A DNA stretch of 64,000 bases from an uncultured Clostridia bacterium. Its GTDB lineage: Bacteria > Bacillota > Clostridia > Oscillospirales > Acutalibacteraceae. Position 1 is the first letter of the stretch. Every line of letters starts with the position of its first letter. The position numbers were made by a program, and so were the translations under genes. Below, piece after piece: positions 56,431 through 64,000 of the stretch. The stretch spans positions 6,770 through 70,769 of the forward strand of contig CALAFJ010000017.1 of assembly GCA_937891195.1 (NCBI GenBank), written 5' to 3'. The notes under the pieces are model-generated. The model ran no database searches. It was not told where the DNA came from and worked only from the letters and a program-made list of their open reading frames with translations.

Positions 56431-56542
56431 AAATACCCGTTTTTAACGATGCTTTCTGTTAATGTACGGGCTAAGTCCAGTTGCGACATCCTCAAAAGTG
56501 TTGGAATATCAAGGGGAATCGGGATTTTTTCAGCCCAGTACA

Positions 56543-56662
56543 GCCTCAAAGCCGCCCGTCGCGCTCCGCAGTTCAGCAAGCGCTGATCACTCGCGATTTT
56601 ACAACCAAATTGCTTCAAAAGCCCCGGAAAATCAAGGTTTTCCGGGGCTTTTCCTTATCCAC
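56543..56662. repeat. Right direct repeat (attR-like): duplicate of the rpsI 3-prime end plus terminator
   Basis: See 50177-50295. The spurious minus-strand ORFs 50064-50252 and 56376-56618 both begin [24 protein letters not shown]. Confidence 0.85.
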
Positions 56663-56743
56663 TCGGCAGATGTGGCTTGATCAGTTTTGATTTCTGCTGG
56701 GATCGGGGGGAAGAAAAAATGACCGAAATTTGCAAAAAACCTC

Positions 56744-56793
56744 TTGACAGGTAACCGTTCGGTTGCTATACTAATAGTAACCGAACGGTTACT
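56744..56793 (+). promoter_or_regulatory. Promoter (TTGACA-17-TATACT) with two TAACCG-NN-CGGTTA operator palindromes
   Basis: GTAACCGTTCGGTTGC fills the spacer at 56751-56766. The perfect palindrome AGTAACCGAACGGTTACT is at 56776-56793. Both lie directly upstream of a TetR-family gene. Confidence 0.62.
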
Positions 56794-56813
56794 GCTGACT
56801 TGGGGGTGAGATC

Positions 56814-57443
56814 ATGGCCGGAGATACCAAGGAGCGTATTTTGGAGACGGCGCTCGCATTATTCGCCCGGAGCGGGTATTTGGGCACCTCTATGAGCGAC
56901 ATTGCCCGGGAACTGGGGATTACCAAGGGTGCCTTGTATAAACACTATACGAGCAAGCAGGAGATTTTGGACAGCATCGTGGAGCGGATGAACAAAATGG
57001 ACTATGAGCGTGCCGAAGAATATGAAATGCCGGAAACGGAGCCGGACGGCTTTGCGGAGGCGTATCTGCACACACCGATCGAAAACATCCGCACGTACAG
57101 CATGGCGCAGTTTGACCATTGGACGAAGGAGCCGTTCTCCTCGAATTTCCGCAAAATGCTGACCTTGGAGCAATATCGCGACCCCAAGCTCGCCCGGCTG
57201 TATCACGAGTATCTGGCCACCGGCCCGACCGCGTATATGGCGGCGATCTTCCGTAAGCTGACGGATTCCGACGATGCCGCCATGCAGCTGGCGTTGGGAT
57301 TTTACGGACCGATGTTCCTGCTTTACAGTGTTTACGATGGAGCAAGCGAGAAAGAACGCATAGCTCCCATGCTGCGTGCCCACATCGACCGCTTTATTGC
57401 GGAGATCGAATCCGGGTATAGAAAGTCAGGGACAGACGCATGA
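56814..57443 (+). CDS. TetR/AcrR-family transcriptional regulator
   Basis: The translation TKERILETALALFARSGYLGTSMSDIARELGITKGALYKHY is the TetR HTH signature. Confidence 0.88.
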   Translation: MAGDTKERILETALALFARSGYLGTSMSDIARELGITKGALYKHYTSKQEILDSIVERMNKMDYERAEEYEMPETEPDGFAEAYLHTPIENIRTYSMAQFDHWTKEPFSSNFRKMLTLEQYRDPKLARLYHEYLATGPTAYMAAIFRKLTDSDDAAMQLALGFYGPMFLLYSVYDGASEKERIAPMLRAHIDRFIAEIESGYRKSGTDA

Positions 57444-57634
57444 AAGAGACCGTAGAAGAAAAGCACTGGGTCCTGTGCCCGCTGTGCGGAGCCAAAACGC
57501 GCCTGCAGCTCTTGCCGGAAACGGAGCTGAAAGCATTTCCGCTGTTTTGCCCGAAATGCAGGCGCGAAAGCGTTATCAACGCCAAACATTTTATTGTTGA
57601 AGCCAGACAGCCAGACGCTGAGACGCAGTGCTGA
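57440..57634 (+). CDS. Cysteine-rich KTR-type small protein
   Basis: WVLCPLCGAKTRLQL...FPLFCPKCRRE contains two CxxC pairs with KTR. The ATGA overlap with the TetR stop suggests translational coupling. Confidence 0.7.
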   Translation: MKETVEEKHWVLCPLCGAKTRLQLLPETELKAFPLFCPKCRRESVINAKHFIVEARQPDAETQC

Positions 57635-57685
57635 TCGCAAAGCCGATCATGCGCTGCGTCTTGTTTTTTGAACGGAGGAGTTTGT

Positions 57686-58192
57686 ATGTACGCGCTCATT
57701 TACACCACCAACACCGGCAGCACCAAGCGCTATGCCGAGCTGCTGGCACAGGAAACCGGACTTCCGGTCTATTCGCTTGCCGAGGCGAAAAAGGCCGTCC
57801 CGACCGGAGCGGAGGTCATTTACCTCGGCTGGATCACAGCCGGCGCCGTGAAGGGCTACGCCGGCGCCGCCAAGCGATATCGCATACGAGCGGTCTGCGC
57901 GGTGGGCATGGGGCAGACCGGAACGCAGACCGAAAGCGTGCGGAAAAAGGCGGCTGTTCCGGCAGCCGTTCCGCTGTTCACTCTGCAAGGCAACTTTGAT
58001 GTGAAAAAGCTGCGCGGCCTGTATCGAGTCATGATGGAGATCATGGTCAAGGCGGCCGGTAAAAGTCTTGCCGCGAAGAAAGAGCGCACGCCGGAGGAGG
58101 ACGATATGCTGGACAGGATGCTCCACGGGGGCCAGCGGGTCAAAGCGGAGAATTTAAGCGCTGTGCTCCATTGGTATAACGCACAGCAATAA
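57686..58192 (+). CDS. Flavodoxin-like domain protein
   Basis: The translation MYALIYTTNTGSTKRYAELLAQETGLP is a flavodoxin-like phosphate-binding N-terminus. The ATG follows GGAGGAG. Confidence 0.7.
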   Translation: MYALIYTTNTGSTKRYAELLAQETGLPVYSLAEAKKAVPTGAEVIYLGWITAGAVKGYAGAAKRYRIRAVCAVGMGQTGTQTESVRKKAAVPAAVPLFTLQGNFDVKKLRGLYRVMMEIMVKAAGKSLAAKKERTPEEDDMLDRMLHGGQRVKAENLSAVLHWYNAQQ

Positions 58193-58213
58193 GAATGGGA
58201 GGGATTTATCGTG

Positions 58214-58426
58214 ATGTGTCCGAAATGCGGAAAAGAAATGAAAAGAGGGTATTTATTCAGCAGTAAGGACGGCGCTTTCAGCTTCGCAAATGAAGTGCCG
58301 GGCGCTCTGGAAAATGCCAAATACGCAGAGGGCTTTGTGAGGATTACCGGGCTGAAGGTCGGGGGCCGTACCGGTGTGGCGGCCGGCTGCTGCGATGGGT
58401 GCAGAGTGGTTGCAATGTCATACTAA
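58214..58426 (+). CDS. Small zinc-ribbon protein
   Basis: The translation is MCPKCGKEMKRGYL...CCDGCRVV. The start is either GTG at 58211 or ATG at 58214. Confidence 0.5.
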   Translation: MCPKCGKEMKRGYLFSSKDGAFSFANEVPGALENAKYAEGFVRITGLKVGGRTGVAAGCCDGCRVVAMSY

Positions 58427-58441
58427 GGGGGTGCAGAGAGA

Positions 58442-58852
58442 ATGAAACTCTATTTTGGCAATGCCGTTACGACGGCGACAACCCTGATGATCCTTGTGTT
58501 GCTTGGATTCATCGGGTATTCGGTTTGGGAGCGCGCAAATATTCTATACTGGGGACGCAGAAGTGCACTTCTGCTGATCTTCGGTCTGGTGATCTGCTGC
58601 TTTGCGGCGGCGCGGGATGGCCTGGACAGAACGATTCAGCACGCCATCGACGGCAGCTGTGCGCCGGGGCTGTTTCCGCTCATCAGCGTACCGACCGTCG
58701 TCGGCTGTGTCGGCGCGCTGCTGATCATGGTGGCCGCCGTTGCCACGCCCATCGCCAAAACGCAGCAGGCGCGGGAGGTCTGGTTCTATGTGATGTCCGG
58801 CGGCGCGCTGCTGAAGATCGCGACCATGGAGATCGCGCGGATCGTCCTTTGA
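58442..58852 (+). CDS. Hypothetical membrane protein (4 TM)
   Basis: It has four hydrophobic segments and is the last gene of the TetR-linked cluster. Confidence 0.55.
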   Translation: MKLYFGNAVTTATTLMILVLLGFIGYSVWERANILYWGRRSALLLIFGLVICCFAAARDGLDRTIQHAIDGSCAPGLFPLISVPTVVGCVGALLIMVAAVATPIAKTQQAREVWFYVMSGGALLKIATMEIARIVL

Positions 58853-59071
58853 GGCGGCATGGGGTGCAGGATCCGGTCACGAGTGTCCCGGCCGCATCGG
58901 GGCGCAGGCGGAAAGCCGCGCGGCGGCCGCCCCGGAGTTTTCCGAGAATGGGGGCTGATCCCTCTGCGGCGGCAGCCGCCGGTACAGAACGCAATAGGGT
59001 ATATCAGCCCGGAGAGCGGTTGCCTATGGGCTGATCGACAAAATCATTGATACAGGAAAAGGAGAAAAACC

Positions 59072-59698
59072 ATGTCAAAGAACAATATTCTCATCCGACT
59101 TGAAACCAAGGACGAGTACAGAGCCGTCGAAAACCTGACCCGGGAGGCATTCTGGAATGTCTACCGTCCCGGCTGCATGGAGCACTATGTGCTGCACTGC
59201 TATCGGAACGATCCGGCATTCGTGCCGGAGCTGGACTTTGTGATGGAACTGGACGGCCAGCTGATCGGGCAGGTCATCTATGTGCGGTCGGAGATCGACT
59301 GCGATGACGGACGAAAGGTACCGATCATGACCTTCGGCCCCATCGGCATTGCGCCCGCATACAAGCGGCAGGGTTACGGAAAGCGGCTGCTGGACTATTC
59401 CATGGAGAAGGCCCGGGAAATGGGTGCGGGAGCGCTGGCCATCACCGGCAACATTCTGTTCTACGGCCAATCCGGCTTTGTCCCGGCCAAAACAAAAGGG
59501 GTGCGCTATGCGGACGATCCGGAGGCGGACTATTTCCTCATCAAGGAGCTGACGCCCGGCTTTCTGGACGGTATTTCCGGCACCTACAAAGACCCGGAGG
59601 GGTATTTCGTCTGCGAGCGCGATCCGGAGGGCTTTGCGCGGTTTGAGGCTACTTTTCCGCATAAGGAGAAGCAGAAGCTGCCCGGGCAGCTGTTCTGA
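59072..59698 (+). CDS. GNAT-family N-acetyltransferase
   Basis: [20 protein letters not shown] is the acetyl-CoA-binding Q/RxxGxG/A motif. The product is 208 aa. Confidence 0.8.
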   Translation: MSKNNILIRLETKDEYRAVENLTREAFWNVYRPGCMEHYVLHCYRNDPAFVPELDFVMELDGQLIGQVIYVRSEIDCDDGRKVPIMTFGPIGIAPAYKRQGYGKRLLDYSMEKAREMGAGALAITGNILFYGQSGFVPAKTKGVRYADDPEADYFLIKELTPGFLDGISGTYKDPEGYFVCERDPEGFARFEATFPHKEKQKLPGQLF

Positions 59699-59744
59699 TC
59701 GGAAGCAGGACGAAAGAATACCGTTGAAAAAGGAGACGATGACC

Positions 59745-60389
59745 ATGATCCCAACCTGGAAGATCTATCCCCGTTCCCAGGGGCATAGCACGGTATATCT
59801 GAAAAATGTTATCACCGACCCCGCCATTACCGTGGGCGACTATACCGTCTACGACGATTTTGTCCGCGACCCGCGGGATTTTCAGCGCAACAATGTACTG
59901 TATCACTATCCCGAATGCAACCATGACAGGCTGCATATCGGTAAATTCTGTTCCATCGCCTGCGGCGCAAAGTTCCTCTTCAATGCCGCCAACCATACGC
60001 TGGGCAGTCTCTCCACCTATCCGTTCCCGATCTTCTTTGAGGAGTGGGAACTGCCTGCGGATGCGGATTCCATCGCCGATGCGTGGGATAACCACGGCGA
60101 TATTCTGGTGGGCAACGACGTGTGGATCGGCTATGAAGCCGTCATTTTCGCGGGCGTGACCATCGGCGACGGGGCGATCATCGGCACGCGCGCGGTGGTG
60201 ACAAAGGACGTGCCGCCCTATACCATCGTGGGCGGCGTTCCCGCCAGACCCATCCGCCAGCGCTTTGACAAGGCGACGATCGAGAGACTGGAGGCTTTGC
60301 GCTGGTGGGATTGGGACGCGGAGAAGATTCGGCGTAATATCCCGGCCATTCGGTCCGGCGACATTGCCGCGTTGGCGCGCGCGGAATGA
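59745..60389 (+). CDS. Vat-family (xenobiotic/streptogramin A type) hexapeptide O-acetyltransferase
   Basis: There are blocks of clear similarity to VatD as I remember it: [54 protein letters not shown] and WW.W. The start may be 59739 or 59745; 59745 has the better RBS spacing. Confidence 0.8.
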   Translation: MIPTWKIYPRSQGHSTVYLKNVITDPAITVGDYTVYDDFVRDPRDFQRNNVLYHYPECNHDRLHIGKFCSIACGAKFLFNAANHTLGSLSTYPFPIFFEEWELPADADSIADAWDNHGDILVGNDVWIGYEAVIFAGVTIGDGAIIGTRAVVTKDVPPYTIVGGVPARPIRQRFDKATIERLEALRWWDWDAEKIRRNIPAIRSGDIAALARAE

Positions 60390-60758
60390 ACCGGCCGCGA
60401 TCGCGTCGGACGGATGACGGATACGCGCCGTAAAACCGAAACGATTAGGAGCATCAAAATGGTTCGTTTGGCTTGTTGAGATAATGCGGGAAGATAGGGT
60501 GAAAAAGGGCCGGACACACTTCTCGCCGGGACAAAGACCATGCTCGTGTGCGTGGAGCGGGAGGTCCTGAAGCGGTCGGGCTATGCGGCACGTCTGTCTT
60601 GCCATCGTTCGATCATCGTGCAGAAGAAAATCCCCTTAATGGGGGCGCATCGGGTTATTCCTCCTGCCGGACGGGCTTTGGTGAAAGTGGCCTCTTGATT
60701 TATGAGGCGCTCTGTGCTATGATTCTCTCCGGCAGTTTTGTATGGAGGACGTATAGTA

Positions 60759-62171
60759 ATGGAGAAAAAGGCCAATCATTTTTCCGGGCAGCTGGGGTTT
60801 GTTCTCGCCGCGGCGGGGAGCGCCGTCGGAGTCGGCAACCTGTGGCGGTTTCCGTATCTTGCCGCCAAAGACGGCGGCGGATTGTTTCTGATGATCTATC
60901 TGATTCTGGTGCTCACATTTGGCTTCACGCTGTTGACCTCCGATATCGCCATCGGCCGCCGCACCGGAAAGAGCGCCATCGGCGCCTATGCGCAGATGCA
61001 CCCCAAATTCAAGTTCCTGGGCATACTGACCTTTCTTGTCCCGGTGATCATCATGACCTATTATGCCGTGATCGGCGGGTGGATCACGAAATATGCCGTG
61101 CTGTATCTGACCGGTCAGGCGCAGGAGGCGGCGACGGATAACTATTTTACCGGATTCATTTCTTCCTCCGTCTCGCCGGTGATCTTTGCGCTCGTGTTTA
61201 TGGCCGTGACCGCCTTTGTGGTCTATAAAGGGGTCGAGGGCGGGATCGAACGCGTCTCGAAATTCATGATGCCGATCCTGCTGCTTCTCGTCGTGGTGAT
61301 AGCCGGGTTCTCGCTGACTCTGAAAAACACCAATGCCGCCGGCGAGACCCGCACCGGTCTGGAGGGACTTCTGTATTACATAAAGCCCGACTTCAGGGGA
61401 CTGACCTTGCAGCGGTTTCTGGAAATCCTGCTTGACGCGATGAGCCAGCTGTTCTTTTCGCTGAGCGTTTCCATGGGCATCATGATCACCTACGGCTCGT
61501 ATGTCAAGCCCCAGGTGAATCTCGGCAAGTCGGTCAATCAGATCGAAATTTTTGATACGGGAGTGGCGCTGATCGCGGGCGCCATGATCATCCCTGCGGT
61601 ATTCGTTTTTTCGGGCACGGAGGGGATGAGCGCGGGTCCCAGCCTTATGTTCATCTCGTTGCCCAAGGTGTTTTCCGCCATGGGGAAGGCCGGTGTGTTT
61701 GTGGGGGTCCTTTTCTTTGTGTCGGCGATTTTCGCCACCCTGACCTCCTGCATATCCGTGCTTGAATCCATCGTGGCGAACTGCATGGAAATATTCCATA
61801 CCGGCCGCAAAAAGACCGTGCTGGTCCTGTCCGCCATATATCTGGCGGCGTCCGCCTGCATCGCCCTCGGATACAGCCTGTTCTATTTTGAGGTCAAGCT
61901 GCCGAACGGTTCGACGGGGCAGCTGCTGGATGTGATGGATTATATCAGCAACAGCGTGATGATGCCGTTCATTGCGCTGATTTCCACCATTCTGATCGGC
62001 TGGGTGGTGAAGCCGCAGTATGTCACCGACGAGGTGGAAAGAAACGGAGAAAAATTCCGCCGGAAAAAGCTCTATCGGGTCATGATCCGGTATATTGCTC
62101 CGGTCATGATGTTCATTCTGTTCCTGCAGTCCACCGGCATCCTGTCGAAAATATTGGGGCTGTTCCGCTGA
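60759..62171 (+). CDS. Sodium-dependent transporter, SNF (neurotransmitter:sodium symporter) family
   Basis: The translation FSGQLGFVLAAAGSAVGVGNLWRFPYLAAKDGGGLFL is the NSS family signature. There are about 11-12 TM segments. Confidence 0.9.
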   Translation: MEKKANHFSGQLGFVLAAAGSAVGVGNLWRFPYLAAKDGGGLFLMIYLILVLTFGFTLLTSDIAIGRRTGKSAIGAYAQMHPKFKFLGILTFLVPVIIMTYYAVIGGWITKYAVLYLTGQAQEAATDNYFTGFISSSVSPVIFALVFMAVTAFVVYKGVEGGIERVSKFMMPILLLLVVVIAGFSLTLKNTNAAGETRTGLEGLLYYIKPDFRGLTLQRFLEILLDAMSQLFFSLSVSMGIMITYGSYVKPQVNLGKSVNQIEIFDTGVALIAGAMIIPAVFVFSGTEGMSAGPSLMFISLPKVFSAMGKAGVFVGVLFFVSAIFATLTSCISVLESIVANCMEIFHTGRKKTVLVLSAIYLAASACIALGYSLFYFEVKLPNGSTGQLLDVMDYISNSVMMPFIALISTILIGWVVKPQYVTDEVERNGEKFRRKKLYRVMIRYIAPVMMFILFLQSTGILSKILGLFR

Positions 62172-62219
62172 GCGACAGCACGGAAAAGCCCGGAGTTTTC
62201 CATCGTCCGAAAATCGACG

Positions 62220-62263
62220 CGCCCCCGTTCCCGGCATATTGCCGGAAACGGGGGCGCTTTTGC
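62220..62263. terminator. Bidirectional rho-independent terminator between convergent genes
   Basis: GCGCCCCCGTTCCCGGCA-TAT-TGCCGGAAACGGGGGCGC is flanked by AAAA on the left and TTTT on the right. Confidence 0.72.
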
Positions 62264-62286
62264 GGAGCCGTTGGAGAGAGCGGCGG

Positions 62287-64000
62287 CTACCGCTGCTCGT
62301 AGGGGATATTCTGACGCCGAATGCACGCCTCTGCCCATGGCTTCCACCGGGCATACTCCTCGGCGGTGATGGAGACAAGGTGTCCTCCGTCCTGAGCCAG
62401 ATACAGCATCTCATAGCCGCCGGAGCGGGTGCGTCCGAAAGCAAAGTTGAACAACTCCGGCGTCTGTGCATCGGGCGAGGAACGGCGGATGCGGACGATA
62501 TACATTTCATTGGCGGCAAACCGGCTGGCATAGCCGTTGTCCAGCGGGGCGTCTGTGAACGGCAGCCGATCCACAAAGGTCAGGAAGTTGCGCAGCGCCG
62601 CAATATCCTCCGGGTGATCCAGATTGGTGATCCAACCGGCATCGCTGCGTTCGGGGAAAAGAGAATAGGAAACATTGCCGGACAGAATATGCGCGGAGGT
62701 GTACAGCGACTCGGTGAGTCCTTTCGCATCCACCGTCCCGTCCTTGAGATACGGGAAATCCCGCGTGGCCGTCACCTTGGGCATATGGCAGTCCGCCGCC
62801 AGAGCCGCCGTTTTTTGCGAGGCGTCGGCGGACAGGCGGTTTGCGCAGAGCACCTGCTGCTGCGTACCGGACTCGTCCATAAGATAGAACCACCCGGCGC
62901 TGTAATCCTCGATGGCATAGGTGCGGAAAGAGGGATATCCGCTTCCGCTCCGCCAGAAATCGGCGACCTCCAGATAGGCGTAGCCCGCCCCCTCATACAG
63001 CGCCAGAGAGCCGTTCGGGTAATACTTCTCCACCAGCGGGCGCAGCGAGGCAATCGAAACCACCGCGTCGCCGGTCAGCATTTCGTACCACATGGAGGAG
63101 GGGTATTTGGCCTCCTCCGCCATCTGTTCCTCCGGGGTCACTCGGTCCAGGTGGGTCACATAATAGGTCAGTGTCACACTGCCGTCGGTGTTGGTGCAGA
63201 AATAGAGATGGATTTCTTTGGCGGCGTTTTCCTGCAGCAGCGTCAGGAATTCTTCGGAGAGCGGCAGGGTATACCATTCCCCGGCAAGAAAATCGTAGGC
63301 GTCGATGGCGGTTTTATTGCGATCGAACACATACGCCGTGGTGCCGTCCCGGCTGAGGGCGCTGGCCGACGGATGCCCGCTGATGGGGGTCTCTGCGCCG
63401 GTCAGCCGATCCAGCAGCGCATAATCGGCATAAAAGCTGTTCTGATAGGTCTTGAGCTGCCGCAAGCCATACCGATACTGGAGCGGGCAGCCGCTGTCGG
63501 CAAAGGGCGTCTCCCGCCCGGCCGCAGTATCGTATACGCTCAGCCCGCCGTCGGCCATCGCCACAAAATACCGGTCGTCCGGGGTGCTGTCCAGCAGCTC
63601 GCCGGTGAAGGTATGCACCGCGCGGGTGGCAAGGTGGATGAGCACGTTGGTGCGGGCGGTGGTGTTCGCCTTGTCGTTGTCGAGGATATAGGCGGCGAAC
63701 TGCCCGCCCTTGCTGATTTTTGCCGACGTATCCAGCGCCAAACGGGTGCTGCCGTCGGCGCCCGCCCTTTCCAGATTCTCCACGGTGCGCGCCCGCATCG
63801 AAACGAGGTAATACGTGCTGCGGTCGCCGCTGCCGTTGCCCTCCAGAATGCAATATTCCTTTTCAAAATCGGCGGCGTCCCCCGCCATCACCGTAGCGGT
63901 GCTGCTCAGGTCCGTCGGCACCGCATTTAGCTCGGCGGTGTTCAGGTCGTAGAAATAGGCGCGGCTCCCCGCGGTGAACAGCACCCGCCCCAGGGGGATG
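62287..64000 (-). CDS. Large hypothetical protein (5-prime end probably outside the window)
   Basis: The frame is open to the window edge. The GTG at 63984 is only a possible start. The composition is beta-rich and repetitive, and I recognise no motif. Confidence 0.6.
   Translation of the reverse strand, partial: IPLGRVLFTAGSRAYFYDLNTAELNAVPTDLSSTATVMAGDAADFEKEYCILEGNGSGDRSTYYLVSMRARTVENLERAGADGSTRLALDTSAKISKGGQFAAYILDNDKANTTARTNVLIHLATRAVHTFTGELLDSTPDDRYFVAMADGGLSVYDTAAGRETPFADSGCPLQYRYGLRQLKTYQNSFYADYALLDRLTGAETPISGHPSASALSRDGTTAYVFDRNKTAIDAYDFLAGEWYTLPLSEEFLTLLQENAAKEIHLYFCTNTDGSVTLTYYVTHLDRVTPEEQMAEEAKYPSSMWYEMLTGDAVVSIASLRPLVEKYYPNGSLALYEGAGYAYLEVADFWRSGSGYPSFRTYAIEDYSAGWFYLMDESGTQQQVLCANRLSADASQKTAALAADCHMPKVTATRDFPYLKDGTVDAKGLTESLYTSAHILSGNVSYSLFPERSDAGWITNLDHPEDIAALRNFLTFVDRLPFTDAPLDNGYASRFAANEMYIVRIRRSSPDAQTPELFNFAFGRTRSGGYEMLYLAQDGGHLVSITAEEYARWKPWAEACIRRQNIPYEQR

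Larger units (their letters stand above)
50177..56662. mobile_element. Degenerate integrative (ICE/IME-like) element inserted in the 3-prime end of rpsI
   Basis: About 115-bp direct repeats are present. An integrase gene lies next to the right repeat. A parA/parB-like pair, an AAA ATPase and a conjugative-element-type surface protein fragment are present. Repeated arm-like motifs sit near both ends. Confidence 0.72.

Noticed and set aside
60400-60700. A ~300-nt GC-rich region upstream of the SNF transporter gene, considered as a possible T-box or glycine riboswitch.
   Set aside because: I found no T-box core, specifier arrangement or glycine-riboswitch consensus. A reasonable promoter (TTGATT-17-TGcTATGAT at about 60695-60723) lies downstream of most of this region, which leaves only a ~35-nt leader.

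Overview
This is a high-GC Clostridia-type chromosome segment. It carries the sporulation regulator spoVT, a T-box leader and Gram-positive-style ribosome-binding sites. By eye it looks Oscillospiraceae/Ruminococcaceae-like, but taxonomy cannot be verified here.

Core content, in order:
- rplA (5-prime partial)-rplJ-rplL
- a redox/flavoprotein cluster ending in a macrodomain + SirTM-type sirtuin pair
- dgoK-eda
- spoVT
- a GH78-like glycosidase locus with decayed regulator and permease genes
- a lipoprotein plus an OmpR/histidine-kinase pair
- DUF1385-prmC-recA-recX-rimO-pgsA
- a Cys T-box leader followed by cysE-cysS
- mntP, rpmE, yigZ, a dGTPase-like gene, dnaG-sigA, rplM-rpsI
- a TetR-controlled small operon, GNAT and Vat-type acetyltransferases, and an SNF-family transporter

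Accessory or unusual content:
1. A small tyrosine recombinase (23368-24237) is followed by a perfect 20-bp inverted-repeat pair (24264-24283 / 24515-24534). The pair brackets a 231-bp promoter-bearing segment just upstream of an AT-rich operon. That operon encodes a zinc-ribbon peptide, a membrane protein, a BspA-type LRR protein with a dockerin-like tail, and a membrane-anchored cohesin-like Cys-repeat protein. I read this as a putative phase-variable surface-display system. It is the most interesting signal in the window.
2. A roughly 6.4-kb degenerate integrative element is inserted in the 3-prime end of rpsI and flanked by ~115-bp direct repeats. An internal deletion has fused a truncated surface-protein gene to an N-terminally truncated integrase gene.
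3. A ~1.9-kb lower-GC segment carrying a MATE-like transporter gene is bracketed by diverged duplicate copies of the spoVT 5-prime junction.

No rRNA genes, tRNA genes or CRISPR arrays were recognised. Many long ORFs antisense to real genes are artefacts of the high GC content and were ignored.
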